Of a DNA stretch of 64,000 bases, positions 1 through 14,100 are shown piece by piece. Under the pieces are notes generated by a model. The model was not told the origin of the DNA. It saw nothing but the letters and a program-made list of their open reading frames with translations, and made no database searches. Source of the stretch: the human T2T-CHM13v2.0 reference genome, Homo sapiens; the NCBI RefSeq assembly GCF_009914755.1, contig NC_060933.1; one strand, written 5' to 3'. Each line of letters starts with the position of its first letter. The first letter of the stretch is position 1. The translations under genes were made by a program, and so were the position numbers.

Positions 1-3000
1 CATTCCATTCCATTGCCCTGCATTCGGGTTGATTCCATTCCATTCCATTCCATTCCATTCCATTCCATTCCATTCCGTTCCTTTCCGTTCCATTCCATTC
101 CATTCCATTCTATTCGGGTTAATTCCATTCCATTCCATTCCATTCCATTCCAATCGAGTTGATTCCATTCCATTCCATTCCATTCCATTCCACTCCATTC
201 CAGTCCTTTCCATTCCATTCCACTCGTGTTGATTCCAATGTATTCCTTTCCATTCCATTCCATTCCATTGCAATCGAGTTGATTCCATTGCTTTGCATTC
301 CATTCCATTCCATTCCATTCCGGATGATTCCATTCCATTGCATTGCATTCCATTCCATTCCCCTGCACTCGGGTTGATACCATTCCATTCCACTCCATTC
401 CGTTCCATTCCATTCCATTCCATTGTATTCGGGTTAATTCCATTCCATTCCATTCCATTCCATTCCATTCCATTCCATTCCATTCCATTACAATCGAGTT
501 TATTCCATTCCATTCCATTCCATTCCAGTCCTTTCCATTCCATTCCACTCGGGTTGATTCCATTCTATTAGTTTCCATTCCATTCCATTCCCTTCCATTC
601 CACTCTGGTTGATTCCATTCCTTTCCATTCCACTCGAATACATTCCCTCCTATTCCACTCGGAACGATTCCATTCCATTCCATTCCATTCCATTCCATTC
701 CAATCCATTCCATTCCATTTCGTTCCATTCCATTCCATTCCGTATCATTCCATTCCATTCCATTCCATTCCATTCCATTCCATTCCATTCCATTGTACTC
801 GGGTTGATTCCATTCCATTGCATTCCATTCCATTCCATTCCATTCCATTCCATTCCATTCCGTTGCATTCCATTCCATTACATTCGGATTGATTCTATTC
901 AACTCCCTTACTCTCCATTACATTCCATTCCATTCGGGTTGTTCCATTCCATTCCATTCCATTCCACTCCATTCCATTGCACTCGGGTTGATTCCATTCC
1001 TTTCCATTCCATTCCATTCCATTCCGGATGATTACTTTCCATTGCATTCCGTTCCATTACATTCCCCTGCACTCGCGTTGATTCCATTCCATTCCATTCC
1101 ATTCCATTCAATTCCATTCCATTACAATTCGTTCCATTCTATTCTATTCCGTACCATTCCATTCCATTCCATGCCATTCCATTCCATTCCACTCCATTCC
1201 ATTCCGTTCCATTCCGTTCCTTTCCATTCCATTCCATTCTATTCGGATTAATTCCATTCCATTCCATTCCATTCCATTCCATTCTATTCCACTCCATTGC
1301 AATCGAGTTGAATCCATTGCATTTCATTCCATTCCATTCCATTCCATTCCATTCCATTCCATTCCATTCCGGAAGTTTCCATTCCATTGCATTCCATTCC
1401 ATTCCATTCCCCTGCACTCGCGTTGATTCCATTCCATTCCATTCCATTCCATTCCGTTCCCTTCCATTCCATTCCATTCCATTCCGTTCCGTTCCATTCC
1501 ATTCCATTCCATTCTATTCGGGTTAATTCCATTCCATTCCATTCGATTGCAATCGAGTTGATTCCATTCCATTCCATTCCATTCCATTCCATTCCATTCC
1601 ATTCCATTCCTTTCCATTCCATTACGGATGATTCCATTCCATTGCATTCCATTCCATTCCATTCCCCTGTACTCGGGTTGATTGCGTTCCATTCCATTCC
1701 AATCCATGCCATTCCACTCGTGTTGATTCCATTCTTTCCATTCCATTCAAGTTGAATCCATTCCATTACATTCCATTCAATTTGATTCCATTCGATTGCA
1801 CTCGGGTTGATTCCATTCCATTACATTCCATTCCATTCAATTCCATTCCATTCCATTCCATTCCAATCCATTCCATTCCATTCCATTACATTACATTCGG
1901 ATTGATTCTATTCAATTCCCTTACAGTGCATTACATTCCATTCCATTCGGGTAGTTTCCATTCCATTCCATTCCATTCCTCTCCATTCCATTGCACTCGG
2001 GTTGATTCCATTCCATTGCATTCCATTCCATTCCTTTCAATTCCATTCCGTTCCATTCAATTCCATTACATTCGGATTGATTCTATTCAACTCCCTTACT
2101 CTCCATTCCATTCCATTCCATTCAGGATGTTCCATTCCATTCCATTCCATTCCACTCCATTCCATTGCACTCGGGTTGATTCCATTCCATTCCATTCCAT
2201 TCCATTCCATTCCATTCCAATTGAGTTGATTCCATTCCATTCCATTCCATTCCATTCCAGTCCTTTCCATTCCATTCCACTCGGGTTGATTCCATTCTAT
2301 TAGTTTCCATTCCATTCCATTGCCTTCCATTCCACTCTGGTTGATTCCATTCCTTTCCATTCCACTCGAATACATTCCCTCCTATTCCACTCGGAACGAT
2401 TCCATTCTATTCCATTCCATTCCATTCCATTCCATTCCATTCCATTCCATTTCGTTCCATTCCATTCTATTCCGTATCATTCCATTCCATTCCATTCCAT
2501 TCCATTCCATTCCATTCCATTCCATTCCATTCCATTCCATTGTACTCGGGTTGATTCAATTCCATTGCATTCCATTCCATTCCATTCCATTCAATTCCAT
2601 TCCATTCCATTCCATTCCATTCCGTTCCATTCCATTCCATTCCATTCCATTCCGTTCCATTCCATTACATTCGGATTGATTCTTTTCAACTTCCTTTCTC
2701 TCCATTACATTCCATTCCATTCGGATTGTTCCATTCCATTCCATTCCATTCCACTCCATTCCATTGCACTCGGGTTGATTCCATTCCATTCCATTGCATT
2801 CCATTCCGGATGATTCCATTCCATTGCATTCCGTTCCATTACATTCCCCTGCACTCGGGTTGATTCCATTCCATTCCATTCCATTCCATTCCATTCCATT
2901 CCATTCCATTCCATTCCATTCCCCTGCACTCGCGTTGATTCCATTCCATTCCATTCCATTCCATTCCATTCCATTCCTTTCCATTCCAGTCCTTTCCATT

Positions 3001-6000
3001 CCATTCCACTCGGGTTGATTCCATTCTATTAGTTTCCATTCCATTCCATTCCCTTCCATTCCACTCTGGTTGATTCCATTCCTTTCCATTCCACTGGAAT
3101 ACATTCCCTCCTATTCCACTCGGAACGATTCCATTCCATTGCATTCCATTCAATTCCATTCCATTCCATTCCATTCCATTCCATTGCATTTCGTTCCATT
3201 CCATTCTATTCCGTATCATTCCATTCCATTCCATTCCACTCGTGTTGATTTCATTCCTTTCCATTCCATTCGGTTTGAAGGCATTCCATTCCATTCCATT
3301 CCATTCCATTCCATTCCAGTCCATTCCATTCCATTGTACTCGGGTTGATTCCATTCCATTGCATTCCATTCCATTCCATTCCATTCCATTCCGTTGCATT
3401 CCATTCCATTTCATTCGGATTGATTCTATTCAACTCCCTTACTCTCCATTACATTCCATTCCATTCGGGTTGTTCCATTCCATTCCGTTCCATTCCACTC
3501 CATTCCATTGCACTTGGATTGATTCCATTCCATTCCATTCCATTCCATTCCATTCCATTCCATTCCATTCCGGATGATTCCATTCCATTGCATTCCGTTC
3601 CATTACATTCCCCTGCACTCGGGTTGATTCCATTCCATTCCATTCCATTCCATTCGATTCCATTCCATTCCAATTCTTTCCATTCCATTCTATTCCGTAC
3701 CATTCCATTCCATTGCATACAATTCCATTCCATTCCATTCCACTCCGTTCCGTTCCGTTCCGTTCCATTCCGTTCCATTCCATTCCATTCCATTCTATTC
3801 GGTTTAATTCCATTCCATTCCATTCCATTCCATTCCATTCCATTCCATTCTATTCCATTCCATTGCAATCGATTTGAATCCATTGCATTCCATTCCATTC
3901 CATTCCATTCCATTCCGGAAGATTCCATTCCATTGCATTCCATTCCATTCCATTCCATTCCATTCCATTCCATTCCATTCCATTGTACTCGGGTTGATTC
4001 CATTCCATTGCATTCCATTCAATTCCATTCCATTCCATTCCATTCCATTCCATTCCATTCCATTCCGGATGATTCCATTCCATTGCATTCCGTTCCATTA
4101 CATTCCCCTGCACTCGGGTTGATTCCATTCCATTCCATTCCATTCCATTCCATTCGATTCCATTCCATTCCCCTGCACTCGCGTTGATTCCATTCCATTC
4201 CATTCCATTCCATTCCATTCCATTCCATTCCTTTCCATTCCAGTCTTTTCCATTCCATTCCACTCGGGTTGATTCCATTCTATTAGTTTCCATTCCATTT
4301 CATTCCCTTCCATTCCACTCTGGTTGATTCCATTCCTTTCCATTCCACTCGAATACATTCCTCCTAATCCACTCGGAACGATTCCATTCCATTCCATTCC
4401 ATTCCATTCCATTCCATTTCGTTCCATTCCATTCTATTCCATATCATTCCATTCCATTCCATTCCATTCTATTCCATTCCATTCCATTCCATTCCACTCG
4501 TGTTGATTCCATTCCTTTCCATTCCATTCGGTTTGAAGGCATTCCATTCCATTCCATTCCATTCCATTCCATTCCATTCCATTGTACTCGGGTTGATTCC
4601 ATTCCATTGCATTGCCTTCCATTCCATTCTATTACATTCCGTTCCATTCCATTCCATTCCGTTCCATTCCATTCCATTATATTCGGATTGATTCTATTCA
4701 ATTCCCTTACACTCCATTACATTCCATTCCATTCGGGTAGTTTCCATTCCACTCCATTAAATTCCTCTCCATTCCATTGCACTCGGGTTGATTCCATTAC
4801 ATTGCATTCCATTCCATTCCATTCAATTCCATTCCGTTCCATTCCATTCCATTACATTCGGATTGATTCTATTCAACTCCCTTACTCTCCATTACATTCA
4901 ATTCCTTTCGAGTTGTTCCATTCCATTCCATTCCATTCCACTCCATTCCATTGCACTCGGGTTGATTCCATTCCATTCCATTCCATTCCATTCCGGAAGA
5001 TTCCATTCCATTGCATTCCATTCCATTCCATTCCCCTGCACTCGCGTTGATCCCATTCCATTCCATTCCATTCCATTCCATTCCATTCCATTCCTTTCCT
5101 TTCCATTCCTTTCCATTCCATTCCATTCCATTCCAATCCATTGCATTCCGTTCCGTTCCGTTCCATTCAATTCCATTCCATTCTATTCGCGTTAATTCCA
5201 TTCCATTCCATTCGATTGCAATCGAGTTGATTCCATTCCATTCTATTCCATTCCATTCCATTCCTTTCCATTCCATTACGGATGATTCCATTCCATTGCA
5301 TTCCATTCCATTCCATTCTCCTGTACTCGGGTTGATTCCATTCCATTCCATTCCAATCCATGCCATTCCACTCGTGTTGATTCCATTCTTTCCATTCCAT
5401 TCAAGTTGAATCCATTCCATTGCATTCCATTCCATTCCATTACCCTGCAGTCGGGTTGATTCCATTCCATTCCATTCCATTACATTCCATTCCATTGCAT
5501 TCCGTTCCGTTCCATTCCATTCCATTCCATTCTATTCGGGTTAATTCCATTCCATTCCATTCCATTCCAATCGAGTTGATTCCATTCCATTCCATTCCAT
5601 TCCACTCCATTCCACTCCTTTCCATTCCACTCCACTCGGGTTGATTCCAATGTATTCCTTTCCATTCCATTCCATTCCATTGCAATCGAGTTGATTCCAT
5701 TGCTTTGCATTCCATTCCATTCCATTCCATTCCCTTCCTTTCCGTTCCATTCCATTCCATTCCATACCATTGCATTCCATTCCATTCCGTTCCATTCCGT
5801 TCCATTCCATTCAATTCCATTCTATTCGGGTTAATCCCATTCCATTCCATTCCATTCCATTCTATTCCATTCCATTGCAACCTAGTTGAATCCATTGCAT
5901 TTCATTCCATTCCATTGCATTCCATTCCGGAAGATTCCATTCCATTGCATTCCATTCCATGCCATTCCCCTGCACTCGCGTTGATTCCATTCCATTCCAT

Positions 6001-7657
6001 TCCATTCCATTCCATTCCATTCCATTCCATTCCGTTAGGTTCTGTTCCATTCCATTCCATTCCGTTCCGTTCCGTTCCGTTCCGTTCCGTTCCATTCCAT
6101 TCCATTCCATTCCATTCCATTCCGTTCCGTTCCATTCCATTCCATTCCATTCCATTCCATTCCATTCCTTTCCATTCCATTACGGATGATTCCATTCCAT
6201 TGCATTCCATTCCATTCCATTCCCCTGTACTCGGGTTGATTCCATTCGATTGCATTCCAATCCATGCCCTTCCACTCTTGTTGATTCCATTCTTTCCATT
6301 CCATTCAAGTTGAATCCATTCCATTGCATTCCATTCCATTCGATTCCATTCGATTGCACTCGGGTTGATTCCATTCCATTGCATTCCATTCCATTCCATT
6401 CCATTCCATTCCATTCCGTTCCTTTCCATTCTATTACATTCGGATTGATTCTATTCAATTCCCTTACACTCCATTAAGTTCCATTCCATTCGGGTAGTTT
6501 CCATTCCATTCCATTCCATTCCTCTCCATTCCATTGCACTAGGGTTGATTCCATTCCATTGCATTCCATTCCATTCCATTCAATTCCATTCCGTTCCACT
6601 CCATTCCATTACATTCGGATTGATTCTATTCAACTCCCTTTGTCCCCATTACATTTCATTCCATTCGGGTTGTTCCATTCCATTCCATTCCATTCCACTC
6701 CATTCCATTGCACTGGGGTTTATTCCATTCCATTCTATTCCATTCCATTCCATTCCATTCCATTCCGGAAGATTCCATTCCATTGCATTCCATTCCATTC
6801 CATTCCCCTGCACTCGCGTTGATTCCATTCCATTCCATTCTATTCCATTCCATTCCTTTCGTTTCCATTCCATTCCATTCCATTCCATTCCATTCCGTTC
6901 CGTTCCGTTCCGTTCCGTTCCATTCCATTCCATTCCATTCTATTCGGGTTAATTCCATTCCATTCCATTCGATTGCAATCGAGTCGATTCCATTCCATTC
7001 CATTCCATTCCATTCCATTCCATTCCTTTCCATTCCATTACGGATGATTCCATTCCATTGCATTCCATTCCATTCCATTCCCCTGTACTCGGGTTGATTC
7101 CATTCCATTCCATTCCGTTCCATTCCATTCCATTCCATTCCATTCCATTCCATTCCATTCCATTCCATGCCATTCCACTCGGGTTGATTCCATTTGTTTC
7201 CATTCCATTCGAGTTGAATCCATTCCATTCCATTCTATTCCAGTCGATTCCATTCCATTGCTCACGTGTTCATTCCATTCCATTCCATTCCATTCCATTC
7301 CATTTCGTTCCATTCCATTGTCTTCCGTAGTATTCCATTCCATTCCATTCCACTCCATTCCATGCCATTCCACTCGGGTTTATTCCATTCCTTTCCATTC
7401 CATTCGGGTTGAATTCATTCCATTCCATTCCATTCAATTCCATTACATTGCACTCGGGTTGATTCCATTCCATTCCATTCCATTTCAATCCATTCCCTTC
7501 CATTCCATTTCATTCCATTCCATTCCATTCCATTCCATCCCATTTCATTCCATTCCATTCCATGCCATTCCACTCGGGTTGATTCCATTCCTTTCCATTC
7601 CATTCTAGTTGAACCCATTCCATTCCATTCCATTCCATTCCATTCCATTGCACACGG
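1..7657 (-). repeat. Satellite III (HSat3) array, CATTC-rich strand on +
   Basis: Continuous (CATTC)n with interspersed ACTCGGGTTG/ATTCGGGTT and AATCGAGTTG motifs, the classical Sat3 decamers. No non-satellite sequence seen. Confidence 0.97.
3912..3926. promoter_or_regulatory. Perfect 3-unit heat-shock element motif (representative of left-arm copies)
   Basis: aTTCc-gGAAg-aTTCc. Also at 1366, 4990, 5924, 6762. Motif match only; binding not shown. Confidence 0.5.
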
Positions 7658-7674
7658 AATGGAATGGAATGGAA
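7628..7674. other. Strand-switch (inversion) junction with 19-bp perfect inverted repeat and 9-nt spacer
   Basis: ttccattccattccattcc (7628-7646), then attgcacac (7647-7655), then ggaatggaatggaatggaa (7656-7674). Orientation flips here and nowhere else in the window. Confidence 0.95.
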
Positions 7675-9586
7675 ACAACCCGAATGGAATGGAATGTAAT
7701 GGAGTGTAAGGGAATTGAATACAATCAATCCGAATGTAATGGAATGGAATGGAACGGAATGAAATGGAATGGCATAGAATGGAATGGAATCAACCCGAGC
7801 GCAATGGAATGGAATGGAATGGAATGGAATGGATTCAACCCGAATGGAATGGAAAGGAATGGAATAAACCCGAGTGAAATGACATGGAAGGGAATGGAAT
7901 GGAATGGAATGGTACGGAGTAGAATGGAATGGAACGAAATGGAATGGAATGGAATGGAATGGAATGGAATGGACCCGTGAGCAACGGAATGGAATGGAAT
8001 GGAATGGAATGGAAGGGAATGGAATGGGTTCAATTCGAATGGAATGGAAAGGAATGGAATCAACCGGAGTGCAATGGCATGGAATGGAATGGAATGGAAT
8101 GGAATGGAATGGAATGGAATGGATTCAACCCGAATGGAATGGAAAGGAATGGAATAAACCCGAGTGGAATGGCATGGAATGGAGTGGAATGGAATGGAAT
8201 GGAATGGAATGGAATGGAATGGAATGGAATGGAATTAACCCTAATAGAATGGAATGGAATGGAATGGAATGGAATGGAAGGGAATGGAATGGAATGGAAT
8301 GGAATGGAATGGAATTAACACGAATAGAATGGAATGGAATGCAATGGAATGGAATGAAATGGAATCAACTCGATTTCAATGGAATGGAATGGAATGGAAT
8401 GGAATGGAAGGGAATGGAATGAAATTAACCCGAATAGAATGGAATGGAATGGAATGGAATGGAATGGAATGGAATAGAATGGAATCCAACCGAGTGCAGT
8501 GGAATGGAATGGAATGGAATGCAATGGAATGGAATCATACGGAATGGAATGGAATGGAATGGAATGAAATGGAATGGAATGCAATGGAATGGAATGGAAT
8601 AAACCCGAGTGGAATGGCATGGAATGGAGTGGAATGGAATTGAATGGAAGGGAATGGTACGGAATAGAATGGAATGGAACGAAATGGAATGGAATGGAAT
8701 GGAATGGAATGGAATGAACCCGTGAGCAATTGAATGGAATCGAATGGAATGGAATGCAATGGAATGGATTCAACTAGAATGGAATGGAAAGGAATGGAAT
8801 CAACCCGAGTGGAATGGCATGGCATGGAATGGAATGCAATGGAATGGAAAGGAATGGTATGGAATAGAATGGAATGGAACGAAATGGAATGGAATGGAAT
8901 GGAATGCAATGGAATGGAATGGAATACAATGGAATCCACCCGATTGCAGAGGAATGGAATGGAATGGAATGGAATGGAATGGAATGGAATGGATTCAACC
9001 CGAATGGAATGGAAAGGAATGGAATCAACCCGAGTGGATTGGCATGGAATGGAATGGAATGGAATGGAATGGTAGGGAATAGAATGGAATGGAACGAAAT
9101 GGAATGGAATGGAATGGAATGGAATTGAATGGAATGGAATCAACCTGAGTGCAATGGAATGGAGTGGAAGGGAATGTAATGGAACGGAAACAACACGAAT
9201 GGAATGGAATGTAATGGAGTGTAACGGAATTGAATACAATCAATCCGAATGTAATGGAATGGAATGGAACGGAATGGAATGGAATGCAATGGAATGGAAA
9301 AGAATGGAATGGAATGAAATGGAATGGCAGGGAATGGAATGGAATCAACCCGAGTGCAATGGAATGGAATAGAATGGAATGGAATGGAATGGAATGGATT
9401 CAACCCGAATGGAAGGGAAAGGAATGGAATAAACCCGAGTGGAATGGCATGGAATGGAATGGAATGCAATGGAATGGTACGGAATAGAATGGAATGGAAC
9501 GAAATGGAATGGAATGGAATGGAATGGAATGGAATGGAAAGGAATGGAATCAACCTGAGTGCAATGGAATGGAATGGAATGGAATG

Positions 9587-10103
9587 GAATGGAATGGAAT
9601 GGAAACAACCCGAATGGAATGGAATGGAATGGAGTGTAAGGAATTGAATACAATCAATCCGAATGTAATGGAATGGAATGGAACAGAATGGAATGGAATG
9701 GAATACAGTGGAATGGATTCAAACCTAGTGCAATGGAATGGAATGGAATGGAATGGAATGGAATGGAATGGATTGGATTCAAAACAAATGGAATGGAAAG
9801 CAATAGAATCAACCCGAGTGGAATGGCATGGAATGGAATGGAATCGAATGGAATGGAATGGAAACAACCCGAATGGAATGGAATGGAATGGAGTGTAAGG
9901 AATTGAATACAATCAATCCGAATGTAATGGAATGGAATGGAACAGAATGGAATGGAATGGAATACAGTGGAATGGATTCAAACCTAGTGCAATGGAATGG
10001 AATGGAATGGAATGGAATGGAATGGAATGGATTGGATTCAAAACAAATGGAATGGAAAGCAATAGAATCAACCCGAGCGGAATGGCATGGAATGGAATGG
10101 AAT
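9587..10103 (+). repeat. 259-bp tandem duplication (2 near-identical copies)
   Basis: aaacaacccg at 9603 and 9862. Both copies share taaggaatt, aacag, atacagtgg and ttcaaaacaaatgg. ORFs 9673 and 9932 are offset by 259. Confidence 0.9.
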
Positions 10104-11139
10104 GGAATGGAATGGAATGGTACGGAATAGAATGCAATGGAACGAAATGGAATGGAATGGAATGGAATGGAACGGAATGGAATGGAATCATCTCGATTGC
10201 AATGGAATGTAATGGAATGCAATGGAATTAACGCGAATAGAATGGAACGGAATGGAATGGAATGGGATGGAATGGAATCAATCCGAGTGCAGGGGAATGG
10301 AATGGAATGGAATGCAATGGAATGGAATGTAATGGAATGGAATGCAATGGAATGGAATGGAATGGAATGGAATGCAATGGAATCAACTCGATTGCAATGG
10401 GATGGAATGGAATGGAATGGAATGGAATGGAAGGGAATGGAATGGAATGGAATTAACCTGAACAGAATGGAATGGAATGGAATGCAACGGAATGGAATGG
10501 AATGGAATGGAATGGAATGGAATCAACCCGATTGCAATGGAATGGAGTGGAATGGAATGGAATGGAATGGAAACAACCCGAATGGAATGGAATGTAATGG
10601 AGTGTAAGGGAATTGAATAGAATCAATACGAATGTAATGGAATGGAATGGAACGGAATGGAATGCAATGGAATGGAATGCAATGCAATGGAATGGGATCA
10701 ACCCGAGTGTAATGGAATGGAATCGAAAGGAATGGAATGGAATGGAATGGTTTCAACCCGAATGGAATGGAAAGGAATGGAATCATCCCGAGTGGAATGG
10801 AATGGAATGGAATGGAATGGAATGGAATGGAATGAACCCGTGTGCAATGTAATGGAATCGTATGGAATGGAATGGAATGGAATGGAATGGATTCAAGTCG
10901 AATGGAATGGAAAGGAATGGAATCAACCCGAGTGGAATGGCATGGAATGGAATGGAATGAAATGGAATGGAATGGAATGGAATGGTACGGAATAGAACGG
11001 AATGAAACGAAATGGAATGGAATGGAATGTAATGGAAAGGAATGGAATGGAATCAACCCGAGTGCAGGGGAATGGAATGGAATGGAAGGCAATGGAATGC
11101 AATCATCCGGAATTGAATGAAATGGAATGGAATGGAATG

Positions 11140-14100
11140 GAATCAACTCGATTGCAATGGAATGTAATGGAATGGAATGGAATGGAATTAACCCTAATAG
11201 AATGGAATGGAATGGAATGGAAGGGAATGGAATGGAATGGAATGGAATGGAATTAACCGGAATAGAATGCAATGGAATGGAATGGAATGGAATGGAATGG
11301 AATGGAATGAAATGGAATCAACTCGATTTCAATGGAATGGAATGGAATGCAATGGAATGGAATGGAATGGAATGGAATGAAATTAACCCGAATAGAATGG
11401 AATGGAATGGAATGGAATGGAATGGAATGGAATGGAATGGAATAGAGTGGAATGGAATGGAATGGAATAGAATGGAATCCACCCGAGTGCAAGGGAATGG
11501 AATGGAATGGAATGGAATGCAATGGAATGGAATCATACGGAATGGAATGGAATGGAATGGAATGGAATCCATCCGATTGCAATGGAATGGAGTGGAATGG
11601 AATGGAATGGAATGGAAACAACCCGAATGGAATGGAATGTAATGGAGAGTAAGGGAATTGAATAGAATCAATACGAATGTAATGGAATGGAATGGAACGG
11701 AATGGAATGCAATGGAATGGGATCAACCCGAGTGAAATGGAATGGAATCGAAAGGAATGGAATGGAATGGAATGGTTTCAACCCGAATGGAATGGAAAGG
11801 AATGGAATCAACCCGAGTGGAATGGAATGGAATGGAATGGAATGGAATGGAATGGAATGGGTTCAACTCGAATGGAATGGAAAGGAATGGAATCAACCCG
11901 AGTGGAATGGCATGGAATGGAATGGAATGGAATGGAATGGAATGGAATGGAAGGGAATGGAATGGAATGGAATTAACCTGAACAGAATGGAAGGGAATGG
12001 AATGGAACGGAACGGAATGGAATGGAATGGAATGGAATGGAATGGAATGCAATTGAATGGGATCAACCCGAGTACAGGGGAATGGAATGCAATGGAATGC
12101 AATGGAATGGAATCATCCGGAATGGAATGGAATGGAATGGAATGCAATGGAATGGAATCAATCAACCCGAGTGCAATAGAATGCAGTGGAATGGAATGGA
12201 ATGGTATGGAAACTACCCGAATGGAATAGAATGTAATGGAGTGTAAGGGAATTAAAAAGAATCAATCCGAATGTAATGGAATTGAATGGAACGGAATGGA
12301 ATGGAATGGAATGGAATGGAATGGAATGGAATGGAATTAACCCGAATAGAATGGAATGGAATGGAATGGAAGTAAATGGAATGGAATGTAATGAACCCGA
12401 GTGCAGGGGAATGGAATGGAATGGAATGCAATGGAATGGAGTCATCCGGAATGGAACAGAAAGGAATGGAATGGAATCAACCCGTGTGCAATGGAATGGA
12501 AAGGAATGGAATGGAATGGAATGGAATGAAATGCAATGGAATGGATTCAACCCGAATGGAATGGAAAGGAAGGGAATCAACCCAAGTGGAATGGCATGGA
12601 ATGGAATGGAATGGAATGGAATGGAATGGAATGGTACCGAATAGAATGGAATGGAACGAAATGGAATAGAATGGAATGGAATGGAATGGAATCAACCCGA
12701 GTGCAATGGAATGGAGTGGAATGGAAGGGAATGACATGGAAAGAACCCGAATGGAATGGAATGAAATGGAGTGTAAGGGAATTGAATACAATCAATCCGA
12801 ATGTAATGGAATGGAATGGAACGGAATGGAATGGAATGGAATGGAATGGAATGGAATGCAGTGCAATGGAATCAAACCTAGTGCAATGGAATGGAATGGA
12901 ATGGAATGGAATGGAATGGATTCAACCCAAATGGAATGGAAAGCAATGGAATCAACCCGAGTGGAATGGCATGGAATGGAATGGAATGGAATGGAATGGA
13001 ATGGATTGGAATGGAATGGAATGGAATGGTACGGAATAGAATGGAAGGGAACGAAATGGAATGGAATGGAATGGAATGGAACGGAATGGAATGGAATCAA
13101 CTCGATTGCAATGGAATGTAATGGAATGGAATGGAATGCAATTATCGCGAATAGAATGGAATGGAATGGAACGGAATGGAATGGAATGGAATGGAATGGA
13201 ATCGAATGGAATCAACCTGAGTGCAGGGGAATGGAATGGAATGGAATGCAATGGAATGTAATGGAATGGAATGCAATGGAATTAACTCGATTGCAATGGG
13301 ATGGAATGGAATGGAATGGAAGGGAAAGGAATAGAAAGGAATTAACCTGAACAGAATGGAATGGAATGGAATGGAACGGAATGGAATGGAATGGGTTCAA
13401 CTCGAATGGAATGGAAAGGAATGGAATCAACACGAGTGGAATGGCATGGAATGGAATGGAATGGAATGGAATGGAATGGAATGGAAAGGAATGGAAAGGA
13501 ATGGAATGGAATGAAATGTAATGGAATGGAATGGAATGGAATCAACCCGAGTGCAGTGTAATGGAATCGAATGGAATGGAATGGAATGGAATGGATTCAA
13601 CACGAATGGAATGGAAAGGAATGGAATAAACCCGCGTGGAATGGCATGGAATGGAGTGGAATGGAATGAAATGTAAAGGAATGGAATGGAATGGAATCAA
13701 CCCGAGTGCAATGTAATGGAATCGAATGGAATGGAATGGAATGGAATGGATTCAACCCGAATGGAATGGAAAGGAATGGAATAAACCCGAGTGGAATGGC
13801 ATGGAATGGAATGGAATGGAATGGAATGGAATGGAATGGTACGGAATAGAATGGAATGGAACGAAATGGAATGGAATGGAATGGAATGGAACGGAATGGA
13901 ATGGAATCAACTCGATTGCAATGGAATGTGATGGAATGGAATGGAATGCAATTAACGCGAATAGAATGGAATGGAATGGAATGGAACGGAATGGAATGGA
14001 ATGGAATGGAATGGAATCGAATGGAATCAACCTGAGTGCAGGGGAATGGAATGGAATGGAATGCAATGGAATGTAATGGAATGGAATGCAATGGAATGAA

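Noticed and set aside
7628-7674. Junction hairpin as an intrinsic terminator or pre-miRNA
   Set aside because: The stem is an automatic consequence of inverting a pentamer repeat. There is no U-tract and no evidence of processing.
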